Below are positions 1-7,693 of a stretch of 20,000 nt of DNA, piece after piece. This stretch comes from an uncultured virus (IMG/VR IMGVR_UViG_3300008107_000034) (taxonomy: Duplodnaviria; Heunggongvirae; Uroviricota; Caudoviricetes), in IMG/VR virus record IMGVR_UViG_3300008107_000034; one strand, written 5' to 3'. Both the position numbers and the translations under genes were made by a program. Every line of letters begins with the position of its first letter. Position 1 is the first letter of the stretch. Under the pieces are notes generated by a model. The model saw only the letters and a list, made by a program, of their open reading frames with translations. It searched no databases and was not told where the DNA came from.

Positions 1-2
1 CA

Positions 3-119
3 AGACTAACAACTGCTCAAAGAGTGGGTTTAGTAACTGTTGCTGGAGCATTTATTTTTAATACGGATACAAATAAATTTCAAGGATATACTGGAGTTGG
101 GTGGACTGATTTCCATTAA
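3..119 (+). CDS. C-terminal end of a probable virion/tail structural protein (5' truncated by window)
   Basis: Frame 3 is open from the window edge to TAA 117-119: RLTTAQRVGLVTVAGAFIFNTDTNKFQGYTGVGWTDFH. The T-x-QR...G-x-I-F/Y-NT-x-T-x-K-x-Q-x-Y-x-G-xx-W pattern is typical of phage tail-fibre modules. Confidence 0.6.
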   Translation, partial: RLTTAQRVGLVTVAGAFIFNTDTNKFQGYTGVGWTDFH

Positions 120-130
120 TTTATAATTTT

Positions 131-1588
131 ATGAAAAAATTTATTGTTTTGGGGGCAGGAACCTCTGGATTGATTGCAGCATCAATGATTAAAAAATATT
201 GGGGAGATAAAGTTCAAGTTTCTCTATATTTTGATGCCAAAAGAAAAAATATAGGTGTTGGTGAAAGTACTACACCAATTATTCATTTATTCCTTAATTC
301 TCTGGGAATAAAAACTGAAGATTTAATTAGAGACTTAAATGTAAGTGTAAAATTAGGAATAAATTTTAAAAATTGGATTCCCAATACAGAATATTTTCAT
401 GGATTTAAAGAAGTTTCTTTTTGGGGGGAGTCGGATCAATCAAGTGCAATCTATTCTATTCTAAACGATTGCTATAATGGTGGTCTACTTTATAATGAAG
501 CAACATCTACATTACCAAAAAAAACTTTTGATTATAGTCATGCGCTGCACATTGATACACAAGAATTTTCAAATTATATTTTTGGAAAGATGAATAACGA
601 GATTGATTTTATTGATGATATTGCTGAAAAAATTAATATTGAAAATAATCAAATTGAAAGTATAGATTTCAAAAATAGTGGAAATGTAAAAGCAGATTTT
701 TATATTGATGCCTCTGGATTTAACTCTATGTTAATTAAAAACTTAAAGGTAAAGTGGAATGACATTACAGATTATTTGCCAATTGACAGAGCAATTCCAC
801 AACAAATTCCATATGATTTTGAAGAAGTGCCATCTTACACGTTAGCAGAAGCGACAGATAATGGATGGATATGGCAGATACCAATTGGAAATCGATATGG
901 AACTGGATATCTTTATTCTTCCAGATTTACTTCAGATGAAGAAGCAAAAACAAAATATAATTGTTGGCTATTAGAAAAATTTGGAGTTAGATTGCAAACA
1001 GACAAAATTATTTACTATAAACCTGGATATTATGATCAAGCATGGGTTGGAAATTGTTTAGCAATTGGTCTTTCAAGTGGATTTGTAGAACCGCTAGAGT
1101 CTACTGGTATTCACATTATCATAAATCAAATTAAAGATTTTATTTCTTTAAATTCAAATTTAACCTTCTTGGAATATAATAGAAAAAAATTTAATGAAAT
1201 AAACCTAAATGCTTATAAAGTCATCGTGGATTTTATTTGTCTTCATTATAATACAAATAGATTTGATTCTGACTTTTGGAAATACATGACTGAAAATAAA
1301 ACTGAATGGGTCAGAGATTTTGAGGAAAAATGTAAGTACGAGTTTTTAGATGCTAAAAATCTAGGCAATAATTCAACCAAATTTGTTTGGTCACTTGATA
1401 ATTTTATTCAAGTTTCAAACGGATTAAATATGTTTGATAAAAATGCAATTCGAGATTTCTTAAATTCAAAAAGAAATAAACAACAGATTTTAGAATTTGC
1501 AAAAGAACATTATGAATATACGAAAATTAAAAAATTAGAAAATCAAAGAATATCACATAAAGAAATTATAAACGCCATTCATAAATAA
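131..1588 (+). CDS. prnA: Flavin-dependent tryptophan-halogenase-family protein (PrnA/RebH/VirX1-like)
   Basis: GAGTSG (GxGxxG FAD motif), IGVGEST, candidate catalytic Lys in SVKLGINF, FYIDASGF, GWIWQIP (WxWxIP halogenase motif) and FVEPLESTG. Length is 485 aa. The substrate cannot be determined from sequence. Confidence 0.93.
   Translation: MKKFIVLGAGTSGLIAASMIKKYWGDKVQVSLYFDAKRKNIGVGESTTPIIHLFLNSLGIKTEDLIRDLNVSVKLGINFKNWIPNTEYFHGFKEVSFWGESDQSSAIYSILNDCYNGGLLYNEATSTLPKKTFDYSHALHIDTQEFSNYIFGKMNNEIDFIDDIAEKINIENNQIESIDFKNSGNVKADFYIDASGFNSMLIKNLKVKWNDITDYLPIDRAIPQQIPYDFEEVPSYTLAEATDNGWIWQIPIGNRYGTGYLYSSRFTSDEEAKTKYNCWLLEKFGVRLQTDKIIYYKPGYYDQAWVGNCLAIGLSSGFVEPLESTGIHIIINQIKDFISLNSNLTFLEYNRKKFNEINLNAYKVIVDFICLHYNTNRFDSDFWKYMTENKTEWVRDFEEKCKYEFLDAKNLGNNSTKFVWSLDNFIQVSNGLNMFDKNAIRDFLNSKRNKQQILEFAKEHYEYTKIKKLENQRISHKEIINAIHK
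1581..1587 (+). promoter_or_regulatory. T4-type late promoter (ATAAATA)
   Basis: ATAAATA overlaps the halogenase 3' end, 18 nt before ATG 1606. Confidence 0.65.
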
Positions 1589-1605
1589 AGGAAAAACTCA
1601 GTGTA

Positions 1606-3147
1606 ATGGCAGTAACAGTATCAAAAGCTGGTCCTTATTACTCTTCAGGTGCTATTTCCTTTAGTTCTTTAAGATCTAATTTTCGTGCTCAGCAGAGAAA
1701 ACAAACCTCTTCTACAACTGAGACATTTAATAGTGATACTGGTCAAATTAGTGTTTCAGAACTAAAAAGAATCATAAGTACAACAAATACAGACCCAGTT
1801 GTTCCAGATTCTACCGAAAATGCCAATATTTCAACATCAAATAATTGGAAAACATCACAATTTAGAAATTCAGTAAAATATTATTATCTTACTCAAAGTG
1901 ATACTGAACTTAATCTTGATATCTCAAATCAATCTTGGAATAATAATTTAAATAAGAACATTAGAAAATTTTTGTTTATTGATGGAATCTGTGGATCTGT
2001 AAATACTTCTACTCCATCTGCAATATTGAATACAATTGCACATAATTTGGTAATTGATGTTTTTGGTCAAATTTTTGGTGCTTCTGGAAGAGGAGGTGGA
2101 ACTGGTAATGGCGCACCTGATCCTGGAGGTGAGAATGGTGGAAACGCTTTTTCGTTATCTCCCATCGGTGGAAATAATGTTAATGTTTTATTAAGACCAT
2201 CGGCACAAGTATATGGTGGCGGCGGTGGAGGTGAGAGAGGATCTCAAGGTGCTCCTGGAGGCGCAGGATCTTGTTATAATGAATATACGACTCAAGGATG
2301 TGGCGGAGCTCCTGGTTGCGGTAGTGGTTATAATGATGCTGGAACTTGGGGTGGGAATTGTTGTCAATCTACTTGCGATTGGTGCTGGGGTTGTTGTGAA
2401 CGATGTGTGAAAAATACTCAGTATCGTCGATGTACTCAATATTCAACAATCACTGCTGGAGCAGGTGGATATGGAGGAACAGGTGGATATGGTAGAGGAT
2501 ATAATAATCAAGATGGAACTTTATTAGGGTCTCCTGGAGGTCTTGGTTCGGATCCTGCAGGTGCTGGATATTCCTTATCATCTATCGGATATTACTGGAC
2601 AGAAAATAATGATGATGCTTTCTTAAATGTAACTGGGAGTGGATCTGCCCGAATTACTATGGAAATTGATACAAATGATAATCCAAATACTAATGGTAGA
2701 TGTTACGATACGATTAGAGTTCGTGATGGTAATACTGCAGCGTATGCAGAAATATTCTCATGGAATTTTAAAAATGGAATTAGAAGATATACTTTTAATG
2801 TATCTCCAAAGACATATATGGTGCAAATTTCTGGAAATCCAAGAAATGTTCTAATTAGAGATAATGGTGTTAAGTTGAGAGACAATAGTGGAGATGATAC
2901 AAATGCAAGAATTTATATAACCTCTGTTGATCAATATACTTTGTCGTATAGCCCATCAACTTGTGGTGCTACTCGTGGATCAAATGGAGAATCCGGTGGT
3001 TCTGGTGGAGATTGGGCAACATCTGGATCTGGCACCACAGGAGCTACAGGTGCAGGAAATGGTGGATCGGCAATTGTTGGATCAAATTATACAATATCAG
3101 GATCAATAAATGCATCAACTATAAAGGGATCTTATCAACCACAATAA
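1606..3147 (+). CDS. Gly-rich virion protein, probable gp38-like tail-fibre adhesin with Cys-rich insert
   Basis: Preceded by a late promoter. N-terminal SGAISFSSLRSNF. Polyglycine motifs IFGASGRGG, GGENGGNA, VYGGGGGG, GGYGGTGGYGRG and GAGNGGSAI resemble T-even gp38 glycine-rich motifs and are separated by variable segments. Confidence 0.6.
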   Translation: MAVTVSKAGPYYSSGAISFSSLRSNFRAQQRKQTSSTTETFNSDTGQISVSELKRIISTTNTDPVVPDSTENANISTSNNWKTSQFRNSVKYYYLTQSDTELNLDISNQSWNNNLNKNIRKFLFIDGICGSVNTSTPSAILNTIAHNLVIDVFGQIFGASGRGGGTGNGAPDPGGENGGNAFSLSPIGGNNVNVLLRPSAQVYGGGGGGERGSQGAPGGAGSCYNEYTTQGCGGAPGCGSGYNDAGTWGGNCCQSTCDWCWGCCERCVKNTQYRRCTQYSTITAGAGGYGGTGGYGRGYNNQDGTLLGSPGGLGSDPAGAGYSLSSIGYYWTENNDDAFLNVTGSGSARITMEIDTNDNPNTNGRCYDTIRVRDGNTAAYAEIFSWNFKNGIRRYTFNVSPKTYMVQISGNPRNVLIRDNGVKLRDNSGDDTNARIYITSVDQYTLSYSPSTCGATRGSNGESGGSGGDWATSGSGTTGATGAGNGGSAIVGSNYTISGSINASTIKGSYQPQ

Positions 3148-3150
3148 ATA
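3144..3150 (+). promoter_or_regulatory. T4-type late promoter (ATAAATA)
   Basis: Overlaps the stop codon of 1606-3147, upstream of ATG 3174. Confidence 0.65.
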
Positions 3151-3173
3151 TTTTTAGTTGAAATATAAAAACA

Positions 3174-3506
3174 ATGTCTGAAGATAAAAATTATCCTTCT
3201 CTTATAGAACAAACCAAAAATCTTGCTAATTTTTCTTGGGAATTAGTTCAATACATAACTCAAAATCGTGATGCAATTCTCTTTGTTTCTGACGAAATTT
3301 ATAAACAAAGAATTGAAACATGCAAAGGTTGTGATAAGTATGATGAATTAGAAAATCGTTGCAGAGAATGTGGATGCTATGTTCCTGCAAAGGCAAAAAT
3401 TATCCTTGACTCATGCCCACTAAGTAAATGGGATGCTGATAAAGAAACTTGGGATTCAAAATTTCAAAAAATTGCTGAAGATATTGACAAAAAACAACAA
3501 TCCTAG
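3174..3506 (+). CDS. Small Cys-rich (DUF6171-like) protein
   Basis: R-xx-x-CxxC...CxECGC...KA...CPLSKW pattern (RIETCKGC...RCRECGCYVPAKAKIILDSCPLSKW). Confidence 0.7.
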   Translation: MSEDKNYPSLIEQTKNLANFSWELVQYITQNRDAILFVSDEIYKQRIETCKGCDKYDELENRCRECGCYVPAKAKIILDSCPLSKWDADKETWDSKFQKIAEDIDKKQQS

Positions 3507-3512
3507 TAGACT
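3484..3512 (+). promoter_or_regulatory. Sigma70-like promoter
   Basis: TTGACA (3484-3489), 17-nt spacer, TAGACT (3507-3512). Confidence 0.55.
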
Positions 3513-3552
3513 ACCTTTGTCCCGGTTGAAGATGAGAATCTAAAGCTTCATA

Positions 3553-3607
3553 GGACACTTAGGAAACCGTCCACTGAGTCGCATCAGGGACGGTTTTCTG
3601 CTATGAT
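3553..3607 (+). promoter_or_regulatory. Palindrome/stem-loop/-10 early-promoter cassette, copy 1
   Basis: GGACACTT-agga-AACCGTCC, hairpin AAACCGTCC (3564-3572)/GGACGGTTT (3588-3596), extended -10 TGcTATGAT ending at 3607. Confidence 0.65.
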
Positions 3608-3620
3608 AGTCTCATACGCA

Positions 3621-4883
3621 ATGATCCCTGTGATTCAACTCCGTCCTCACCAGCAACGCGGTCTTGAAGCAATGCTCAAGTATCGTATTGGTCAATTGAT
3701 CATGCCGACTGGTGCTGGAAAGACTCTGACCATGATTGCTGATGCGATCAAAGAGTTTTCCAATAGCGATCCTCAAACTATTGTTGTAGTTGCTCCTCGT
3801 ATTCTTTTGAGTGAACAGTTGTCTGCTGAATTCTTGGAGTATGTTACTAATGCATCTGTTATTCATATCCATTCGGGGGAAACAAGGCATTTTAGCACTA
3901 CAAAACCCTCTGAGATTCAGTATTGGAATCAAATTGTGACTAGTGCATTCAATCCTGATGCTCCCAAACACAAACTGATCTTCACTACCTACAACTCTCT
4001 ACAGCGTCTACAGCAAGCAGACATTCATATTGACACTATTTACTTTGATGAAGCACACAACAGTGTTAAGAGTCATTTTTTCCCTGCTACAAAACACTTC
4101 TCTGCTACTGCTAACCGCTGCTATTTCTTCACTGCTACTCCTAAGCATTCTGCTACTATTTCCAAACCTGGCATGAATGATGGATCTGTATATGGTCAAG
4201 TAATTTGTAATGTTGCTGCACCTGAATTGGTTGAAGGTGGTTTCATTGTTCCTCCTCAGGTTTGTGTGAGTCAGATCAATGCAATTCGTGACAAAGATGA
4301 TGCAGCAGAGCGTGATTGCATGACTCTTCTGGATAAGATTCTCAATGAGGACAATATGCAGAAGGTTTTGGTAGCAGCACCCAATACTAAAGTGTTGGTT
4401 CGAATGCTTGCTGAGACTGATTTTATGACAGAAGTTCAGTCACATGGTTATGATGTATTGTGGGTGACTGCAAAGTATGGTGCATTCATCAACAACAAAA
4501 AGGTTTCCCGTGAACTGTTTTTTGACACTCTGACTGCATGGGGTAAGGATCCTGAGAAGAAGTTCATCATTCTTCACTACAGCATCCTTTCTGAGGGTAT
4601 CAACTGTCCTGGATTGACCTCCTGCGTCCTCATGAGGAACATGGATTACATTGCTATGGCACAGACCATTGGGCGTGTGATTCGCCTCCATCCAGACGAT
4701 TCTAAGCGCCTCTCAGAGGGTTCTTTGGTGCCTGGACAGTTGAAGGACTATCACAAGTCCTATGGGTTCATTCATGTTCCCGTGTATAGTAACGTTGGCA
4801 TCGCAACTGCCAAACGTTTGCAGAGTGTCGCTGAGACGATCTTTGTTCAAGGCGAACCTGCAATCTCCACCATCAAACGCTGA
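3621..4883 (+). CDS. Superfamily 2 DEAH-box helicase (ResIII-like)
   Basis: Q motif LRPHQ, Walker A MPTGAGKT, VVVAPRILL, Walker B YFDEAH, TATP, LSEGIN and motif VI QTIGRVIR. The start is probably ATG 3621 or GTG 3630, because ATG 3603 lies inside the -10 box. Confidence 0.92.
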   Translation: MIPVIQLRPHQQRGLEAMLKYRIGQLIMPTGAGKTLTMIADAIKEFSNSDPQTIVVVAPRILLSEQLSAEFLEYVTNASVIHIHSGETRHFSTTKPSEIQYWNQIVTSAFNPDAPKHKLIFTTYNSLQRLQQADIHIDTIYFDEAHNSVKSHFFPATKHFSATANRCYFFTATPKHSATISKPGMNDGSVYGQVICNVAAPELVEGGFIVPPQVCVSQINAIRDKDDAAERDCMTLLDKILNEDNMQKVLVAAPNTKVLVRMLAETDFMTEVQSHGYDVLWVTAKYGAFINNKKVSRELFFDTLTAWGKDPEKKFIILHYSILSEGINCPGLTSCVLMRNMDYIAMAQTIGRVIRLHPDDSKRLSEGSLVPGQLKDYHKSYGFIHVPVYSNVGIATAKRLQSVAETIFVQGEPAISTIKR

Positions 4884-4890
4884 GGTAATT

Positions 4891-5031
4891 ATGAAGCATC
4901 GTGTCACCTGCATGGTTAGTGGACAAACATTCTATGTTGAGTGTTATGCCCGCAATCGTCAAGAAGCAATACAAGTTGCTCTTGCACAATATCCAAATGC
5001 CCGTGTAATGTCCTCTAACATTGTATTTTGA
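4891..5031 (+). CDS. Small hypothetical phage protein (46 aa)
   Basis: GAGGT Shine-Dalgarno then ATG 4891: MKHRVTCMVSGQTFYVECYARNRQEAIQVALAQYPNARVMSSNIVF. Confidence 0.75.
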   Translation: MKHRVTCMVSGQTFYVECYARNRQEAIQVALAQYPNARVMSSNIVF

Positions 5032-5033
5032 TT

Positions 5034-5492
5034 ATGTTGAGTCTTTCCAAACAAATGAAAGAGAAGTTCTTTGTCGAAGGGCATGAACTTCCTACATGTG
5101 TCAATGATGGTTGTAATAATAAAGTTCTTGTGCGAGAATGGAAGTATTGGTCTTTCAAATCCGAATGTTCCCGTTGCACTAGTGCTCGAAAGAATGGTAA
5201 AGTAATTCCTGGAGTTACAATTCATAAGAAATCATATTGTGAAAATCATGATGGACATCTTGGATGGACTTGTCCAGTTCCTAAAGATGGATGGGTTGGA
5301 TTTGAAAACAGTTTGGATCTTGACCATCTAGATGGCGATCATCATAACAATATTCCAGACAATGTTAAAACTTATTGTAAACTGTGTCATGGTCGAAAAT
5401 CACTAATTAACGGTGATTGTGATAGTAACAAAGCATCGAGTAGAAAAATTCAATGGATCAGATCTTACAGGGAGATTCATCCCGACTTTTAA
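5034..5492 (+). CDS. HNH endonuclease with N-terminal Zn-binding Cys motifs
   Basis: LDLDHLDGDHHNNIPDNVKTYCKLCH is an HNH core with CxxC. Extra CVNDGC and CSRC motifs lie upstream. Confidence 0.85.
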   Translation: MLSLSKQMKEKFFVEGHELPTCVNDGCNNKVLVREWKYWSFKSECSRCTSARKNGKVIPGVTIHKKSYCENHDGHLGWTCPVPKDGWVGFENSLDLDHLDGDHHNNIPDNVKTYCKLCHGRKSLINGDCDSNKASSRKIQWIRSYREIHPDF

Positions 5493-6241
5493 AAGAAATA
5501 GAAAGTGAGAGTGTGCATCTTACTTGCACCTCTCCTCCATATTATAACGCCAGAGAATATTCAACTTGGCCAACTTACCAAGAGTATCTTGACTTCTTGA
5601 GAAATGTGTTTCTTGAAGTGTTAAGAGTCACTCAACCAGGTAGAATGTGTGTTGTAAATCTTTCTCCAGTGATTGAGGCAAGACAATCACGGGCACATGA
5701 GAGTAAACGTCTTGCAATTCCATTTCATTTTTTTACTTTAATGGAACAAATGGGATGGAAATACATTGATGATATTATCTGGTTAAAACCTGAGGGTGCA
5801 TCAATTAATCGTAATGGTGGATTCTTTCAACATCGCAAACCAGTTGCATACAAACCAAACATTGTAACTGAGACTATCTTTGTATTTCAGAAACCAGCAC
5901 CATTCTTAATTGATAAAGTTGTTCGATCTTATGATGGTGATGTATTAGAGCAATCACTTGTCAATGAAGACTATGAACGATCTAACGTATGGAAGATCAA
6001 TCCAGAAACACATTCAGATCATTTAGCGCCCTATCCAAAAGAACTGTCTGATCGTATCATTAAGTATTACAGTTACATTGGTGATTTAGTTCTTGATCCT
6101 TTTATGGGATCTGGGACAACTGCAATTTCATGTATTGATTTGAAACGGAAGTATCTTGGAGTTGAAATTCATGAGGAGTATGTTAATATGGCAATGGAAC
6201 GAATCCGATCTTTTAATCCTTTAGATCAATTTTTTAACTGA
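5453..6241 (+). CDS. Beta-class N4-cytosine/N6-adenine DNA methyltransferase
   Basis: Motif IV TSPPYY is N-terminal and motif I VLDPFMGSGTT is C-terminal (beta order). Also DIIWLKP, HLAPYP and LGVEIHEEY. Confidence 0.93.
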   Translation: MDQILQGDSSRLLKEIESESVHLTCTSPPYYNAREYSTWPTYQEYLDFLRNVFLEVLRVTQPGRMCVVNLSPVIEARQSRAHESKRLAIPFHFFTLMEQMGWKYIDDIIWLKPEGASINRNGGFFQHRKPVAYKPNIVTETIFVFQKPAPFLIDKVVRSYDGDVLEQSLVNEDYERSNVWKINPETHSDHLAPYPKELSDRIIKYYSYIGDLVLDPFMGSGTTAISCIDLKRKYLGVEIHEEYVNMAMERIRSFNPLDQFFN

Positions 6242-6242
6242 A

Positions 6243-6464
6243 ATGAATATACAAAATGAAGGTATTCTGAATCCTAAACCAGGAGACCCCAACGGATATG
6301 TGACTAAGGATGGCATGTGGGCTGCCGTTCCTTATGGTAAAAAGTTTGTTATCATTCACAATGGGCAGCAAGTTCACACTGCCAGCACCTATAAGACTGC
6401 CAAGTCTTATATTCAGAAGGCAATGAACGGCAAATCAGTCTCATCACTGGACAAATTTCTATGA
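6243..6464 (+). CDS. Hypothetical phage protein
   Basis: 73-aa ORF abutting the MTase, with an ATGA overlap to the next gene. Confidence 0.75.
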   Translation: MNIQNEGILNPKPGDPNGYVTKDGMWAAVPYGKKFVIIHNGQQVHTASTYKTAKSYIQKAMNGKSVSSLDKFL

Positions 6465-6667
6465 CTCAGACATTTAAAGTCACATCTGATGTCCCTTATG
6501 ATAGACATACCTATGAAGTTGTCCTGAAAAATGACAAAAAGGTATTTTTCGACAATTGGACGGATGCTCAGGGGTTCTGGTTCCAGAACTGCCAGATCCC
6601 CGATTTTTTAGATGTTATCATCGTAAAAGATAAACAAAAGGTTAAGAGCAAGGGATTTGGTCAATAA
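6461..6667 (+). CDS. Hypothetical phage protein
   Basis: 68-aa ORF, ATGA-coupled, ending KSKGFGQ. Confidence 0.75.
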   Translation: MTQTFKVTSDVPYDRHTYEVVLKNDKKVFFDNWTDAQGFWFQNCQIPDFLDVIIVKDKQKVKSKGFGQ

Positions 6668-6670
6668 ATA
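6664..6670 (+). promoter_or_regulatory. T4-type late promoter (ATAAATA)
   Basis: Overlaps the upstream stop. Followed by an AGGAGA Shine-Dalgarno and ATG 6692. Confidence 0.65.
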
Positions 6671-6691
6671 TTTTGAGAATAGGAGAGAGCT

Positions 6692-6862
6692 ATGACTGCT
6701 CTGTTTCTCACTACGATTATCACCTGCGGTCAAGCTCATGATGTTATCAATCGAATTCGAACACATAAAATGTTATCGAATGAAATCAAAGTAGAACTTA
6801 TCAATCTCATTCGTGAAACTATTCCATCCTGCCCTGTGGTGATTAAAAAAGATGCAAAATGA
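6692..6862 (+). CDS. Small hypothetical protein (56 aa, absent from ORF track)
   Basis: AGGAG SD. Translated by hand: MTALFLTTIITCGQAHDVINRIRTHKMLSNEIKVELINLIRETIPSCPVVIKKDAK. Confidence 0.75.
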   Translation: MTALFLTTIITCGQAHDVINRIRTHKMLSNEIKVELINLIRETIPSCPVVIKKDAK

Positions 6863-7025
6863 ATCTCAATCCGATAAATGGAATCGTGGTTTGACTTTAT
6901 TTGAAGAGAGTGTTCTGAAACCAGATCATGAATTGAGAAACTGTGCTCATAATCAAGAATGTTACAACGAACTCATGATTGTTCGTGAGCATGTGTTAGA
7001 ATATCTCAAAACTCTAAGACAATGA
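6852..7025 (+). CDS. Small hypothetical protein (57 aa, absent from ORF track)
   Basis: MQNESQSDKWNRGLTLFEESVLKPDHELRNCAHNQECYNELMIVREHVLEYLKTLRQ, with an ATGA overlap to the next gene. Confidence 0.75.
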   Translation: MQNESQSDKWNRGLTLFEESVLKPDHELRNCAHNQECYNELMIVREHVLEYLKTLRQ

Positions 7026-7255
7026 GTACCTCATACATTTACTTTATCATATTCTTTTGCATCGCATATCTGATTATCACCGATCAATCAGTCGCAAGAG
7101 GGTTTTATATGCTCACTCAACTTGCAAGAGTTCAATATGAAAAGACAAAGTGGTGGATATTACATAATCCTGCAAATCCGATTGTGAAGTATCTTATGTG
7201 GCGTCGGTCTATGAAACTCGCAAAAGAGTTAATGGATGAATACAAAAATAAATAA
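7022..7255 (+). CDS. Hypothetical protein with N-terminal transmembrane helix
   Basis: Hydrophobic stretch YIYFIIFFCIAYLII. Length is 77 aa. Confidence 0.75.
   Translation: MSTSYIYFIIFFCIAYLIITDQSVARGFYMLTQLARVQYEKTKWWILHNPANPIVKYLMWRRSMKLAKELMDEYKNK
7248..7254 (+). promoter_or_regulatory. T4-type late promoter (ATAAATA)
   Basis: Overlaps the upstream stop. GGAG SD precedes ATG 7276. Confidence 0.6.
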
Positions 7256-7275
7256 CCCATATCTGGAGTTAGAAT

Positions 7276-7599
7276 ATGCTTTCCACACAATACAGACTCA
7301 GACTTGAATCAATTTGTGATAAGATTGTAAAAGGTGAGTCAGTTGAATTAAGTGAAATGATTTGGTGTGAAAAACTCGCCAAAGCAAACCGAAGTGCTGC
7401 AACAATCCTTCGTCAGGCAAGAAGGAGAGCAGAGAATCCAGATATGGTAGAAGGTGACTTAGACGACTTTATGAATCAATTAGATATTGGTGGATTGGGT
7501 CACGAAAGATTTGGTCGTCGTGGTTTTGATTCTCCTGATGACTTACACGATTGGTTTAAGAGAGATGAAGATGACACTGATTGGCGCACTCGTGATTGA
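7276..7599 (+). CDS. Hypothetical phage protein
   Basis: 107-aa ORF with GGAG SD and an acidic C-terminus. Confidence 0.8.
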   Translation: MLSTQYRLRLESICDKIVKGESVELSEMIWCEKLAKANRSAATILRQARRRAENPDMVEGDLDDFMNQLDIGGLGHERFGRRGFDSPDDLHDWFKRDEDDTDWRTRD

Positions 7600-7601
7600 T
7601 G

Positions 7602-7691
7602 GTGGGCAGCAACAATAAGTCTTGGCGGAATTATGTTGCGTAAGACCCACACATATGTTATTATAAATAGTATCAGTCACGCCAAGACTTA
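7602..7691 (+). promoter_or_regulatory. Structured leader of endonuclease gene: hairpin, late promoter and 12-bp inverted repeat
   Basis: Hairpin GTGGG..GCAACAATAA-[12-nt loop]-TTATGTTGC..CCCAC (7602-7650). TATAAATA at 7662-7669. TAAGTCTTGGCG (7616-7627) is the exact reverse complement of CGCCAAGACTTA (7680-7691). Confidence 0.75.
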
Positions 7692-7693
7692 CA

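Noticed and set aside
3621..4883. Calling the helicase T4 uvsW or a true Type III Res subunit
   Set aside because: The SF2 motifs are clear, but there is no evident nuclease domain and no core-gene context, so no symbol was assigned.
7602..7691. Self-cleaving ribozyme, tRNA or group I intron at the endonuclease leaders
   Set aside because: I could not fit hammerhead or HDV-like cores, a cloverleaf, or intron P7 elements by eye, and no split host gene resumes in frame. An Rfam/Infernal scan would be decisive.
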